From: an uncultured delta proteobacterium
GTDB taxonomy: Bacteria; Myxococcota; Myxococcia; Myxococcales; Anaeromyxobacteraceae
NCBI GenBank assembly: GCA_963814585.1
Contig: CAWFDF010000009.1
Span: forward strand, 96,001 to 160,000
Length of the DNA: 64,000 nt
Direction of reading: 5' to 3'
Made by a program: the position numbers and the translations under genes. This document shows, one piece after another, positions 46,987 through 57,758 of the stretch; the first letter of the stretch is position 1; each line of letters starts with the position of its first letter. A model generated the notes under the pieces. The model had not been told where the DNA came from, ran no database searches, and saw only the letters and a program-made list of their open reading frames with translations.

Positions 46987-47028
46987 CGCGGCGCAACTTC
47001 CCGCCGCCAGGGGTGTTCCGGGGATCGG

Positions 47029-47616
47029 ATGAGCCAGGACCACGACGCGGCGCTCCTGCTGGCCTTCCAGCGCGGCGACGAGGCGGCGTTCCGGCTCCTC
47101 TACGAGAGGAACGCCCGGGCCATGATCGCCTACTGCCACCGCTTCGTGAGGGACGCCGCCCGCGCCGAGGAGCTGGCGCAGGACGTCTTCGTGAAGCTCT
47201 ACCGGTCGGCCCACCGCTACCAGGCCAGCGCCCGCTTCAAGACCTTCCTCTACCGGGTGGCCACCAACCACTGCCTCAACGAGGTGCGCCGCGCCGGGTT
47301 CGCCGCCGGCCGGTCCGACGCCGCCGGCGGGGAGGCCCCCGACCTCGACGCCCTGCCCTCGGGCGCCGCCGGTCCCCACGACGAGGCGGTGGCGAGGTCG
47401 CTGGAGCGGGCGGTGGAGGCCCTGCTCGGCTCGCTGCCGGAGAAGCAGCGGGCCGCCTTCGTGCTGTGCCGCTTCGAGGGGATGAGCTACGAGGAGATCG
47501 CCGAGACGCTGGAGACCAGCGTGTCGGCGGTGAAGTCCCTGATCCACCGGGCCACGGTCAGCGCCGCCACGGCGCTGGCGCCGTTCGCGCCCGGGGGCGC
47601 GGAGGCGCGGACATGA
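47029..47616 (+). CDS. ECF RNA polymerase sigma factor
   Basis: AEELAQDVF, FKTFLYRVATNHC, SYEEIA..L..SVSAVKS. Confidence 0.93.
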   Translation: MSQDHDAALLLAFQRGDEAAFRLLYERNARAMIAYCHRFVRDAARAEELAQDVFVKLYRSAHRYQASARFKTFLYRVATNHCLNEVRRAGFAAGRSDAAGGEAPDLDALPSGAAGPHDEAVARSLERAVEALLGSLPEKQRAAFVLCRFEGMSYEEIAETLETSVSAVKSLIHRATVSAATALAPFAPGGAEART

Positions 47617-48083
47617 ACCACGTGGTCGACGAGCTCACGGCGCTGCTCGACGGCGCCCTCGACCCGGCCAGGCGCCGGACGGTGGAGTCCCACCTGGAGG
47701 CCTGCGCCGCCTGCCGCGCCGAGCGGCACCGGCTCGGCGCCGCCGTCTCGGCGCTGGCCCGGCTCCCGGCGCCACCCGGGCCCTCGCCGTCCTTCAGCGC
47801 CCGCCTGGCGGCGCGGCTGGAGGACGAGCCGCGCCGCGGCTGGCGGGCCCTGCTGGCGACCTGGCGCTGGCGGCTGGCGCTGCCGGCGGGCGGGCTGGCC
47901 GCGGCGGCCCTGGCCGGCGTGCTGGTGCTCCGCCAGCAGCAGGGCCTGGAGCTGGCCGTCGCCGCGCAGCTGGACCTGCTCGAGGAGTACGAGACGGTGG
48001 CCTCGCTCGGCGTGGTGGAGACGGCCGAGGACGCCGCGCTGATCGCCCAGCTCGATACGCTGGAGCCGGGAGGTGGCCGGTGA
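47613..48083 (+). CDS. zf-HC2 transmembrane anti-sigma factor
   Basis: HLEACAAC zinc motif, one TM; ATGA overlap with the sigma gene. Confidence 0.88.
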   Translation: MNHVVDELTALLDGALDPARRRTVESHLEACAACRAERHRLGAAVSALARLPAPPGPSPSFSARLAARLEDEPRRGWRALLATWRWRLALPAGGLAAAALAGVLVLRQQQGLELAVAAQLDLLEEYETVASLGVVETAEDAALIAQLDTLEPGGGR

Positions 48084-48592
48084 CCCGCCTGGCCGCCGCC
48101 CTGGCCGTGGCCCTGGCGCTCGGCGCCGGCCCGGCCCGCGCCCAGTCGCCGGCCCCGGGCCCGGGCCCGGCCGCCGACACCGCCGCCGCCCGGGAGCGCT
48201 GGGAGCGGCTCACCCCCGAGCAGCGCGAGGCGCTGCGCCAGCGCTGGAAGGACTTCCAGGCCCTCCCGCCGGAGCGGCAGGCCGAGGCCCAGGCCCGGCT
48301 CGAGCGGCTCCGGTCGATGCCCCCCGAGCAGCGGGCCGAGCTGATGAAGCGCTACCAGGACTTCCGCCGCCTGCCCGAGCGCGAGCAGCGCGAGCTGCAG
48401 GACCGGTTCGCCCGCTTCCAGGAGATGTCGCCGGAGCGGCGCGCCCAGATCCGCAAGGCCATGGGCGAGATCCTGCGGTCCCCGCCGCGGGAGCGGGAGC
48501 GGTACCTGGAGAACCTCCGCCGCTGGCGCGAGCTGAGCCCCGACGAGCGGAACCGGGCGCGGGAGCGCTGGCAGCGGCGAAAGGGACCCTAG
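48080..48592 (+). CDS. DUF3106-like periplasmic helical-repeat protein
   Basis: Signal peptide, repeated W/F..L(T/P)PE.R units. Confidence 0.8.
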   Translation: MTRLAAALAVALALGAGPARAQSPAPGPGPAADTAAARERWERLTPEQREALRQRWKDFQALPPERQAEAQARLERLRSMPPEQRAELMKRYQDFRRLPEREQRELQDRFARFQEMSPERRAQIRKAMGEILRSPPRERERYLENLRRWRELSPDERNRARERWQRRKGP

Positions 48593-48620
48593 CGTGCCCT
48601 TCCCCAGGCCCTAGCCCTCC

Positions 48621-50201
48621 GTGCGCTGGCCGCTCCTCCTCCTCGCGGGGCTCGCCGCCGCCCTGCCCGGCGCCGCCGGCGGCGAGGTGTACGTGGAGGG
48701 GGCGCTCCACCTGCGCTTCACCGGCGTGCGCGACGCGCCCTCGACCGCCGTGCTCTTCGACGGGGCCAGCCGCGTCTTCCTGATCGAGGACTACCTCGCC
48801 ACCACCGCCGACTCGGCCTACGGCTCGACGCTGGCGGCGGTGGCGGTCGACGGCCGCCACCTCGGCGGCGCCCTGCGCTGGCGCCTGGCCCTCGACACCG
48901 GCGAGCTGCGGGTGCGCCGCTTCCCGCAAGTGTCGGCGGCCTGCTGGTCGAACAGCTCGCCGTCGGGGCTCGACCTCCGGGGCCGCGGTTCCTGCGGCAT
49001 GATGGGACCCCAGCTGGTCCTCGAGGAGACCGTGCTGGCGCCCGCCGAGCTCACCTCCAACGGCCGCGCCTTCGCCGACGAGGTGCAGGACACGCTGCTG
49101 GTGCGGGAGGCCTGGGCGTCGTGGAGCCTGGGCCGGGCCGGCTTCACCACGCTGCGCGCCGGGCGGGGCTGGTACACGGTGGCGGAGGGGCTGATCCACG
49201 ACGAGGTCGGCACCGGCGTGGACGTGTCGGTCGACCTCGGCGCCATCGGCCCGCCCTTCGAGCTGCGCGCCGCCCTCTTCCAGCCGACCCGCGACTTCCC
49301 CCGAAGCGTGGCCGACCTCACGCCGCTGGTGCTGGTGCGCGCCGACTGGCTCCCCTCCCTCTTCGAGAACGCCGGCCTCTTCCTGGCGGCGCGGCGGGAC
49401 CGGACCGGCGCCCTGGCCGAGCTGGTCCGCTCCGCCTACGTCGAGGACGGCGTGGTGCGGCTCTCCGGCCTGGCCCCCGGCTCGCCGGACTACGTCACCG
49501 CCTCGCGCGCGCTGGCCTCCCTGCTCTCCTCCGAGCTGACCTCGACCGCCACCATGGTCTGGGCCGGCAGCAGCGGCAGCCTGGCCACCTTCGCCGGCCA
49601 GCGCCTGCTCTGGACCCTGGCGCTGCTGCGGGGCCACCTCGACACGCTGGGGCCGGCCGCCTCCCCCGCCCAGGTGGACATCCCGCTGCGCGGCTCGGCG
49701 GCCTGGATCCGCTACCAGGCCTCGCCGGTGCCGTGGCTCTCGGTCACGCCCTGGTTCCTCTACCTCTCCGGCGACCGCCCGCCGCCGGAGAAGGCGCGGC
49801 TGGGGCTGCCGGCCGGCTACGGCGCCTTCCTGGGCGTGAACCCCTGGATCACCGCCACCAACCTCTTCTTCCGCGGCGGCCTCTCCGAGACCATCGCCGC
49901 CCGGCAGGCGGCGGCGCCCGGCGTCAACGGCCGGGGCGTGATCGCGCCCGGGCTGAACGTGGAGCTCGACGTGGGGCGGGAGGTCGAGCTGCTGGTGCGG
50001 GCGGCGTGGCTGCGGGCCGAGGACGAGGGGCCGTGGGGCGGGCGCGTCTACGGGACCGAGGTCGACCTCTCGGCCACCTGGGAGCCGACGCCCTGGCTCT
50101 CGCTCGGCGCCGAGCTGGACGTGCTCCTGCCCGGCGACTTCTTCGGCGGCGGCACCACGGTCTCCAAGACGGTGCTGGCCGTGGACCTGCGGACCCCATG
50201 A
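48621..50201 (+). CDS. Putative outer-membrane beta-barrel (alginate-export-like)
   Basis: Signal peptide, alternating amphipathic strands, YLSGD, GTEVDL, LLPGDFF. Confidence 0.6.
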   Translation: MRWPLLLLAGLAAALPGAAGGEVYVEGALHLRFTGVRDAPSTAVLFDGASRVFLIEDYLATTADSAYGSTLAAVAVDGRHLGGALRWRLALDTGELRVRRFPQVSAACWSNSSPSGLDLRGRGSCGMMGPQLVLEETVLAPAELTSNGRAFADEVQDTLLVREAWASWSLGRAGFTTLRAGRGWYTVAEGLIHDEVGTGVDVSVDLGAIGPPFELRAALFQPTRDFPRSVADLTPLVLVRADWLPSLFENAGLFLAARRDRTGALAELVRSAYVEDGVVRLSGLAPGSPDYVTASRALASLLSSELTSTATMVWAGSSGSLATFAGQRLLWTLALLRGHLDTLGPAASPAQVDIPLRGSAAWIRYQASPVPWLSVTPWFLYLSGDRPPPEKARLGLPAGYGAFLGVNPWITATNLFFRGGLSETIAARQAAAPGVNGRGVIAPGLNVELDVGREVELLVRAAWLRAEDEGPWGGRVYGTEVDLSATWEPTPWLSLGAELDVLLPGDFFGGGTTVSKTVLAVDLRTP

Positions 50202-50601
50202 TCGCCGCGCTCGCCGCCCTGCTGCTGGCCGCCGCGCCACCCTCGCCGCCGGCGCGCCCCGGCCCGCTCCAGCCGGGTGACGAGGAGCTGCTGCGCCACC
50301 TCGACCTGCTGGAGCAGCTCGACCTGCTCGACCGGCTCGAGCTGCTGGTCCCGGAGGAGGCGGAGCCGCCGAGGACGCCGGGCCGGGAGGCGCCGAGGCC
50401 ACCCGCGCCGGTCCCGCAGCCGCGGCCCCCGCAGGAGCCGCCGCGGGCGACCGGACTGGAGCCACCACCGCAGGCCCAGCCCAGGCCTCCGCCGTCACCG
50501 CCCCGCCGTCCGGGCCGAGGCCACCGCCGCCGCCGTCCGGGCCGAGGCCGGAGGGGCCTGCCGGGCCGCCGCCGAAGCCGCCCGACCCCGGCCAGGGCTG
50601 A
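50198..50601 (+). CDS. Small exported Pro-rich protein (probable indel near 50500)
   Basis: Signal peptide, DEELLRHLDLLEQLDLL; the Pro-rich tail continues in another frame to TGA at 50599-50601. Confidence 0.55.
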
Positions 50602-50732
50602 CCGGCGGCGTTGCCGGCCAGCGCGGCTCGATGGGGCCTCCGTCTCCTGGCGCCCCTCACCTGGCCCGAGCCCTGCTGCGGCGCCCGCTGCCTGGCAGCG
50701 CCGGGCGGACTCAGGCCACGCCTGGGGCGCCG

Positions 50733-51761
50733 TCACCCGGCGCGGGACGCCAGCATGCCGCAGGCGGCGTGCCGATCCTGCCCGCCCGAGTAGCGGCGCA
50801 CGATGGGCTGGCCGGGGAGGTGGCGCGCCAGCCGGTCGCGGAAGACCTGCCACTCCGCCTCGGTGGGCGGCCGGAAGCGGCCGGTGGCGTCGTTGACGGC
50901 GATGGGGTTGAGCCGCACCGGAAGCCCGCGCAGCAGGCGGCCCAGCGCCTCGGCGTCCTCCTCCCCGGTGTTGACGCCGGCCATCATCACGTACTCCAGG
51001 GTGACCCGGCCGCGCGCCGCGGCGTGCTCCCGCACCGCGTCCATCAGCTCGTCGAGCGGCCAGGCCCGGTCGACGGGCATGAGCGCCCGCCGCTTCTCCG
51101 GGGTGGCGGCGTTGAGCGAGATGCAGAGCCGGAACTTGTGCCCCTCGGCGGTGAAGCGGCGGATCTGCGGCACCAGCCCCACCGTGGAGATGGAGATGCG
51201 GCGGCCGTCGATGCGGGCGCCGGCCGGGTCGCAGAGCGCGTAGGCGGCGTCGAGGACCGCGTCGTAGTTGGCGAACGGCTCGCCCTGCCCCATGAAGACC
51301 ACGCCGGTGACGGGGCGGGTCGAGTCGGCGCGCAGGTGGAGCAGCTGGGCCACCATCTCCCAGGCGGCCAGCGAGCGGACCAGGCCGAGCCGGCCGGTGG
51401 CGCAGAAGGCGCAGTCCATGGCGCAGCCGGCCTGGGAGGAGAGGCAGGCCACGTGGTGGGTGTCGAAGAGCGGGATGCGGACCGCCTCGACGCGCACGCC
51501 GTCGGGGCAGGCCAGCAGGTACTTGCGGAAGCCGTCGGCGGCGTCGACCCGGTCGAGCTCGCGCAGGGCGCCCGGGGTGGCGAGGGCCTCGACGCGGTCC
51601 AGCACCTCGCGCCGGACGTTGCGGGCGGCGCGCAGCCCCTCGCCGCGCCCCACCACGGCGCCGAGGATGCGGCGCGCGTCGGCGAGCGCGATCCCGGCGC
51701 GCTCGGCGAGCTTGCCGCTGTCCTGCCCGGCGAGGTGGAGGGTGGGGTGGGGCACGCTCAC
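50733..51761 (-). CDS. RlmN/Cfr-family radical SAM RNA methyltransferase
   Basis: [35 protein letters not shown]. Confidence 0.88.
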   Translation of the reverse strand: MSVPHPTLHLAGQDSGKLAERAGIALADARRILGAVVGRGEGLRAARNVRREVLDRVEALATPGALRELDRVDAADGFRKYLLACPDGVRVEAVRIPLFDTHHVACLSSQAGCAMDCAFCATGRLGLVRSLAAWEMVAQLLHLRADSTRPVTGVVFMGQGEPFANYDAVLDAAYALCDPAGARIDGRRISISTVGLVPQIRRFTAEGHKFRLCISLNAATPEKRRALMPVDRAWPLDELMDAVREHAAARGRVTLEYVMMAGVNTGEEDAEALGRLLRGLPVRLNPIAVNDATGRFRPPTEAEWQVFRDRLARHLPGQPIVRRYSGGQDRHAACGMLASRAG

Positions 51762-52378
51762 CGCGGCCCTCGGGGCGCCCGGACGGCGTGGCGGCGCCGA
51801 TCCGGCCCGCTGATCCAGTCGCTGGGCGCCAGCAGGAAGCGCCAGCGCCGCGACGCCCAGCGCGGGCCGGCGGCGTCGACGTTCACCCGGCGCGTCACCA
51901 CGACGCGACCGGCCGGCTCGTCGCCGCGCTCGAAGAAGAGGACGCCGCCGCCGAGGTCGAGCCCGTTGTGCCGCTCGCGCTCGATGCCGAGCGCCCGGCA
52001 GAGGTTGCCGGGGCCGCGCGTCGAGTGGAGGCAGCCGGCCTCCGGCTCGGCGGCGCGCAGCAGCACCGCCGAGGGCTCGCCCGGCCGGCCGGTGACGACG
52101 TTGAGGCAGGCGTGCTGGCCGTAGATGGCGTAGACGTAGGCCACCCCGGGGCCGCCGAACATGATGCCGGCGCGCGGCGTGGGCCCCCGCCAGGCGTGGG
52201 AGGCCCGGTCCAGCCGGCCGTGGTAGGCCTCGACCTCGACGATGCGGGCGGCGCGGCGAACCCCGCCGTCGAGGTGGACGAGGCGCTGGCCCAGCAGCTG
52301 GCGCGCCACCAGCGGCGCCGGCCGGGCGAAGAAGGCGCGCTCCAGCCGCGGGGCGGGCCGGGCCGGGCCGCCGCTCAC
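51758..52378 (-). CDS. DNA-3-methyladenine glycosylase (MPG/AAG family)
   Basis: [35 protein letters not shown]. Confidence 0.92.
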   Translation of the reverse strand: MSGGPARPAPRLERAFFARPAPLVARQLLGQRLVHLDGGVRRAARIVEVEAYHGRLDRASHAWRGPTPRAGIMFGGPGVAYVYAIYGQHACLNVVTGRPGEPSAVLLRAAEPEAGCLHSTRGPGNLCRALGIERERHNGLDLGGGVLFFERGDEPAGRVVVTRRVNVDAAGPRWASRRWRFLLAPSDWISGPDRRRHAVRAPRGPR

Positions 52379-53814
52379 GGCGAGGGCCGCGCCAGCCACG
52401 GCCTCGACTCGACGAAGACGCCGAAGAGCGAGCGGTCCACCTGCCCGCGCCGGGCCTCGTCGCCGAGGATGTCGAGGGCCCGCTCCACCGGGAGCGCCTT
52501 CTTGTAGGGGCGATCGCTGGCGGTGAGGGCGTCGAAGATGTCGGCGATGGTCATCATCCGCGTCTCCACGGCGATGGCCGGCGCCGCCACCGAGCGCGGG
52601 TAGCCGTGGCCGTCGAGCTTCTCGTGGTGGCCGTAGGCGATCTCGGGGACCCGCCGCAGCGTCCGGGTCCAGGGGATCTGCGAGAGGAAGCGGAAGGTGT
52701 GGGTGACGTGGCTCTCGATCTCGCGGCGCTCGTCCTCGGAGAGCGAGCCCTTGGGGATGGAGAGCAGGTGCAGCTCGTCGCCGGTGAGGAGCAGCCGGGA
52801 CTGGCCGCGCGGATCGGTGAAGGTCCGCCCTGCCAGCTCGGCCAGCCTCGCCGAGGCCGCCTCGGCCAGGACCGCCGGCCGGTTGGCCACCACCACCACC
52901 TCGAGCAGGGCGTCGAGCTCGGCCAGCCGCTCCTCGATCCCGGCCTCGCCGCGCCCCTCCAGGCGGGCCCGGAGCCGCTCGTTCTCCAGCGCGGCGCGGG
53001 CCAGCTCGAAGCGCCCCCTGAGCAGCTCGAGCTGGTGGGGCTGGAGCTTGTCGGCCTTGGTGAGGACGTTCTCGCGCACGCCCACCTTGCCGAAGTCGTG
53101 GAGCAGGGCGGCGTAGCGGAGCTGCTGCAGCGCCGACGCCTCGAAGCGGACGCCGCGCCAGTCCGGCGGCGGCGCCTGCTCGACGGCGCGCGCCAGGCCG
53201 ACCGTGAGGGTGGCGACCCGGCCGGAGTGGCCGGCGGTGGTGGGGTCGCGCGACTCGATGGCGGTGACCGAGGCCTGCACGAAGCCCTCGAAGAGCCGCT
53301 CGATCTCCTCGTGGAGCACGGCGTTCTCGATGGCGCTGGCGGCCGGCCCGGCCAGCGCCTGGAGCAGCTCCTCGTCCTCGTCGCCGAAGTCGCCGTCGCG
53401 CCGGTTGAGCGCCTGGATGACGCCGACCGGCTCGCCCCGGGTGTTGAGCATGGGGACGCAGAGGATGTTGCGGGTCCGGTAGCCGGTGCTGGCGTCGACC
53501 TCGGGGTTGAAGCGCGGGTCGGCGTAGGCGTCGGGGATGCGGATGGCGGCGCCGCTGGCGGCGACCGCGCCGGCGATGCCGGCGCCGAGCGGGATGCGGA
53601 TCTCGCCGGTGCCGTGGGCCACGGTGGTCCAGAGCTCGTGGCGCTCGCGGTCGACCACGAAGATGCTGCAGCGGTCGGCCTCGGCGACGCCGGCGGCCGC
53701 GTCGTTGATGGTCACCAGCAGGGCGGGGAGGTGCCGCTCGGCGGTCATGGCGCGGGCCACCTCGAGGAGGCGCTGCAGCTTCTCGAGGCGGCGGACCAGC
53801 GCGGCGTGTTCCAT
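52375..53814 (-). CDS. GAF + HD-GYP cyclic dinucleotide phosphodiesterase
   Basis: GAF ([19 protein letters not shown]), [23 protein letters not shown]. Confidence 0.93.
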   Translation of the reverse strand: MEHAALVRRLEKLQRLLEVARAMTAERHLPALLVTINDAAAGVAEADRCSIFVVDRERHELWTTVAHGTGEIRIPLGAGIAGAVAASGAAIRIPDAYADPRFNPEVDASTGYRTRNILCVPMLNTRGEPVGVIQALNRRDGDFGDEDEELLQALAGPAASAIENAVLHEEIERLFEGFVQASVTAIESRDPTTAGHSGRVATLTVGLARAVEQAPPPDWRGVRFEASALQQLRYAALLHDFGKVGVRENVLTKADKLQPHQLELLRGRFELARAALENERLRARLEGRGEAGIEERLAELDALLEVVVVANRPAVLAEAASARLAELAGRTFTDPRGQSRLLLTGDELHLLSIPKGSLSEDERREIESHVTHTFRFLSQIPWTRTLRRVPEIAYGHHEKLDGHGYPRSVAAPAIAVETRMMTIADIFDALTASDRPYKKALPVERALDILGDEARRGQVDRSLFGVFVESRPWLARPSP

Positions 53815-53911
53815 CGTGGGGGGACGGTATCGCCCCGGGCCCCGGCCCACAACTGGGGCGCGGGCGGGGTGGGCGCTGGACCCACCCGGCGCCTCGACGG
53901 TAGAAGTCGCC

Positions 53912-55378
53912 ATGCGCCGCGCCAAGATCGTCGCCACCATCGGACCCGCCACCGCCACCCCGGAGGCGCTGGAGGAGCTGCTCCGCCACGGCGTCGACGT
54001 CGCCCGGCTCAACTTCTCCCACGGCAGCCACGCCGACCATGCCAGGACCATCGGCCGGATCCGCGCCGCCTCGCGACACCTCGGCAAGCCGGTGGCGGTG
54101 CTGCAGGACCTGCAGGGGCCGAAGATCCGGACCGGCCCGCTCCGGGCCGGGCACGCCGGCGTGGCGCTGGTGACGGGCGAGACCATCGTCATCACCACCG
54201 CCGGCGAGGTGGAGGGCGACGAGCGGCTGGTGTCGACCACCTACGACCACCTGGCCGAGGACGTGAAGGCGGGCGACCGGCTGCTCATCGACGACGGCCT
54301 GCTGGAGCTCCGGGTGCTCTCCACCGACGGCGTGAAGGTGACCGCCGCGGTGGTGGAGGGCGGGACGCTCGGCGAGCACAAGGGGATCAACCTGCCCGGC
54401 GTGGCGCTGCGCACCGAGGCCATGAGCGAGAAGGACAAGGCCGACCTCGCCTTCGGCCTGGCCAACGGCGTCGACGCGGTGGCGCTCTCCTTCGTGCGGA
54501 CGGCCGAGGACGTGCTGCTGTGCCGGCGGCTCATGGAGCAGGCCGGGCGGGTGGTGCCGGTGATCGCCAAGATCGAGAAGCCGGAGGCGCTCGACGAGAT
54601 CGACGCCATCCTCGCCGCCGCCGACGGGCTGATGGTGGCGCGCGGCGACCTGGGCGTGGAGATCCTGCCGGAGCGGGTGCCGGGCATCCAGAAGATGCTC
54701 TGCCAGAAGGCCAACGCCCTGGCGAAGCCGGTGATCATCGCCACCCAGATGCTCAACTCGATGATCGAGCACCCGCGCCCGACCCGCGCCGAGGCCAGCG
54801 ACGTGGCCAACGGGATCTGGGACGGGGCCGACGCGGTGATGCTGTCGGGCGAGACGGCGAGCGGGAGGCATCCGCTGGCGTCGGTCCAGATGATGGACCG
54901 CATCGTCCGGGAGGCGGAGGCGACGGCGGGGACGGGCCGCGCGCCGGGGCTGACCGAGGCGGTGCCGGCGCCGATGGACGAGGTGGTCGCGGCGGCGGCG
55001 TGCCGGGCGGCGGGGAGCTCGGGGGCGGTGGCGATCTGCTGCTTCACGCTCTCCGGGACCACGGCGCGGCTGCTGGCCCACTTCCGGCCGCCGGTGCCGG
55101 TGGTGGCGTTCTCCACCGAGCAGCCGGTGCGGCGGCGCTGCGCGCTCTACTGGGGCGTGATCCCGGCGCTCATGGAGCCGGTCAAGAACGCCGACGCCAT
55201 GGCCGAGGCGGTGGCCGAGCGGCTGGTGGCGGACGGGATCGCCCGGCCCGGCGACCGGCTGGTGCTGGTCCACGGGTCGCCCATGGGCGTGGCCGGCAAG
55301 ACCAACTCGATCCGGCTCCACCAGATCCCGCGGGTCGGCGAGGCCGGGGCCGGACCGCGGTATCGCGTCCCGATCTGA
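53912..55378 (+). CDS. pyk: Pyruvate kinase
   Basis: [45 protein letters not shown]. Confidence 0.98.
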   Translation: MRRAKIVATIGPATATPEALEELLRHGVDVARLNFSHGSHADHARTIGRIRAASRHLGKPVAVLQDLQGPKIRTGPLRAGHAGVALVTGETIVITTAGEVEGDERLVSTTYDHLAEDVKAGDRLLIDDGLLELRVLSTDGVKVTAAVVEGGTLGEHKGINLPGVALRTEAMSEKDKADLAFGLANGVDAVALSFVRTAEDVLLCRRLMEQAGRVVPVIAKIEKPEALDEIDAILAAADGLMVARGDLGVEILPERVPGIQKMLCQKANALAKPVIIATQMLNSMIEHPRPTRAEASDVANGIWDGADAVMLSGETASGRHPLASVQMMDRIVREAEATAGTGRAPGLTEAVPAPMDEVVAAAACRAAGSSGAVAICCFTLSGTTARLLAHFRPPVPVVAFSTEQPVRRRCALYWGVIPALMEPVKNADAMAEAVAERLVADGIARPGDRLVLVHGSPMGVAGKTNSIRLHQIPRVGEAGAGPRYRVPI

Positions 55379-55404
55379 GCCCGTCCCCGATCTGAGCCCG
55401 TCCC
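55369..55404. repeat. 17-bp direct tandem duplication spanning the pyk stop codon
   Basis: cccgatctgagcccgtc repeated twice, followed by cc. Confidence 0.85.
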
Positions 55405-55522
55405 AGAGTAGTTTCGCGGACCCGCGGCCCGCGCCGCGGCCGACTTCATTCCATCGCACACGCCCAAGTCCTCGACTTCACGTGAGCGCCTGGTGGCCCG
55501 TCCGTTGCTCGAGACCGTCACC

Positions 55523-56419
55523 ATGACCGCCCCCCGGCAAGTCCTCCCGGCTACCACGTACCTCGTCACCCGCCGATGCCTCCAGCGCCGCTTCCTGCTG
55601 AGGCCATCTCCACTCACCAACCAGACGGTGGGCTACCTTCTCGCCGTTGCGGCCGCACGTTTCGACATCCAGGTCCATGTCTTCTGTGTGCTGTCCAACC
55701 ACTTCCACCTCGTGGTCACCGATCCCAAGGCCCAGCTCCCGGCCTTTCACCAGTACTTCGACTCGTTGGTGGCGCGGGCCATCAACGCGTCACTCGGCCG
55801 GTGGGAGACCTTCTGGGCGCCGGGCAGCTACTCGGCGGTCGCCTTGGCCACCCCGGCCGACATCGTCTCCAAGTCAGCCTACGTCCTGGCCAATCCGGTC
55901 GCCGCCGGCCTCATATCCAGGGCGCGGCGGTGGCCGGGGCTCTGGTCCAATCCAGCCTCCATCGCCGCCGAACCCCTGACGTTCGAGCGACCTGGCCACT
56001 TCTTCCGCGCGGAGGGCCTCCTGCCAGATCGGGCGGAGCTGGAGCTGGCCGCGCCGCCTGGCTTCGCTGACGCGGGGGCGTTCCGCGACCTGCTGCAGGC
56101 GGCGCTGTCGGCGTTGGAGGCGCGCGCCTGCGAAGAGGCCGCTGCGAGCGGGAGTGGCTTCGTGGGCGAGAGACGCATCACGAGGGTGTCGCCGCACGCG
56201 CAGCCGAGGAGCTTCGAGCCGCGGCGGGGCCTCAGGCCCAGGGTCGCGTGCCGCGACAAGTGGAAGCGGATCGAGGCGCTCGGGCGGCTTGCGGCCTTCG
56301 TCGAGGCCTATCGCTCGGCGCTCAGGAAGTGGCGGGGGGGATGTGTCGGCGTGGTGTTCCCGGCGGGAACCTACCTCGTGCGCGTGACCCACAACGTCGC
56401 GTGCGCAGCCGCGGGCTGA
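55523..56419 (+). CDS. REP-associated tyrosine transposase-like (RAYT, HUH/Y1 family)
   Basis: YLVTRRC, HUH motif SNHFH, FW...Y, catalytic YVLANPVAAGL; codon usage less GC-biased than neighbours. Confidence 0.88.
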   Translation: MTAPRQVLPATTYLVTRRCLQRRFLLRPSPLTNQTVGYLLAVAAARFDIQVHVFCVLSNHFHLVVTDPKAQLPAFHQYFDSLVARAINASLGRWETFWAPGSYSAVALATPADIVSKSAYVLANPVAAGLISRARRWPGLWSNPASIAAEPLTFERPGHFFRAEGLLPDRAELELAAPPGFADAGAFRDLLQAALSALEARACEEAAASGSGFVGERRITRVSPHAQPRSFEPRRGLRPRVACRDKWKRIEALGRLAAFVEAYRSALRKWRGGCVGVVFPAGTYLVRVTHNVACAAAG

Positions 56420-56567
56420 GGGAGGCCGGACCGGCTGACCCATCGGCTCTCGTGGCCGCGCCTGGCTGGGGAGCCAACCCAGGCTGCGCCGGCGGCGTTG
56501 GCTCCAGGGACTGATTCTGGTTGGATCGCGCGTTGCCGCGGGCTCCCCGGGGCGCTAGAACGCGCGG

Positions 56568-57758
56568 ATGGACATTCCCGCGCTGCAGCGCGCCCTCGCC
56601 GAGCAGAAGCTGGACGGCTGGCTCCTGTACGACTTCCATGGACAGAACCCGACCGCCCTCACGGCTCTGGGTCTGGGCGGGCACATGCTGACCCGGAGGT
56701 GGTACTACCTCGTCCCCGCTCGCGGCGAGCCTCAGCTGGTGGTCCACGCCATCGAGCTCGGCTCCTTCCCGAAGGACATCCCGGGCCGGCGGCGCGGCTA
56801 CGCCTCCTGGCAGTCGCTCCAGGCCACGCTCCAGGAGCTGTTCTCGGCGCTTCCCCAGGCCCCGAAGCTGGCCATGGAGTACTGCCCCGGGGCCGCCATC
56901 CCTTACCTCTCGCGCGTCGACGCCGGCACCCTGGAGGTCGTCCGCGGCCTGGGCGCCAGTGTGGTCTCCTCCGCCGAGCTGGTGCAGCACTTCCTCTGCC
57001 GCTGGACCGACGCCCAGGTGGAGAGCCACCGCAGTGCCCTGCGCCTCATCGACGAGGCCAAGGACGCCGCCTTCGACCACATCGGTGAACGACTCCGGGT
57101 CGGGAAGGAACCCAGTGAAATCGAGGTCCAGCGCTTCCTCACCGACCGCTTCGCCGCCGCCGGCCTCGAGTTCGACCACGCCCCCATCGTCGCCGTGAAC
57201 GGGCACGCCGGCGACCCCCACTACGAGCCCTCCGACGCCACCCCCACCCCCGTCCGCCGCGGCGACCTGGTCCTCATCGACCTGTGGGCCCGCCACACCG
57301 GCCTCGACGACGTCTACGCCGACATCACCTGGGTGGCCTTCTGTGGCGACCGGCCAAACCCGAGGATGGAGCAGATCTTCCGCGCCGCCGCCGACGGCCG
57401 CGACGCCGGCCTGGCCCAGCTGAGGCGCGCCCACGCGGCCGGGGAGACGCTGCAGGGCTGGCAGGTCGATCGCACCGTGCGCGACACCATCGCTGCCCGG
57501 GGCTTCGGCGACCGCTTCATCCACCGCACCGGGCACTCCATCGGCGTCCGCGTCCACGGCGACGGCGCCAACCTCGACGACCTCGAGACCCACGACACCC
57601 GCACGCTGGTCCCCGGGCTCTGCTTCTCGATCGAGCCCGGCATCTACCTCCCCGAGGAGGGGATGGGCGTGCGCACCGAGATCGACGTGGTGCTGCGCCC
57701 CGACGGCCCGCAGGTCTACTCGAAGATCCAGCAGGAGCTGGTCCGGATCCCCTGCTGA
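56568..57758 (+). CDS. M24-family (Xaa-Pro) metallopeptidase
   Basis: PHYEP, LIDLW, YADIT, HRTGHSIG, FSIEPGIY, VRTE. Confidence 0.92.
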   Translation: MDIPALQRALAEQKLDGWLLYDFHGQNPTALTALGLGGHMLTRRWYYLVPARGEPQLVVHAIELGSFPKDIPGRRRGYASWQSLQATLQELFSALPQAPKLAMEYCPGAAIPYLSRVDAGTLEVVRGLGASVVSSAELVQHFLCRWTDAQVESHRSALRLIDEAKDAAFDHIGERLRVGKEPSEIEVQRFLTDRFAAAGLEFDHAPIVAVNGHAGDPHYEPSDATPTPVRRGDLVLIDLWARHTGLDDVYADITWVAFCGDRPNPRMEQIFRAAADGRDAGLAQLRRAHAAGETLQGWQVDRTVRDTIAARGFGDRFIHRTGHSIGVRVHGDGANLDDLETHDTRTLVPGLCFSIEPGIYLPEEGMGVRTEIDVVLRPDGPQVYSKIQQELVRIPC

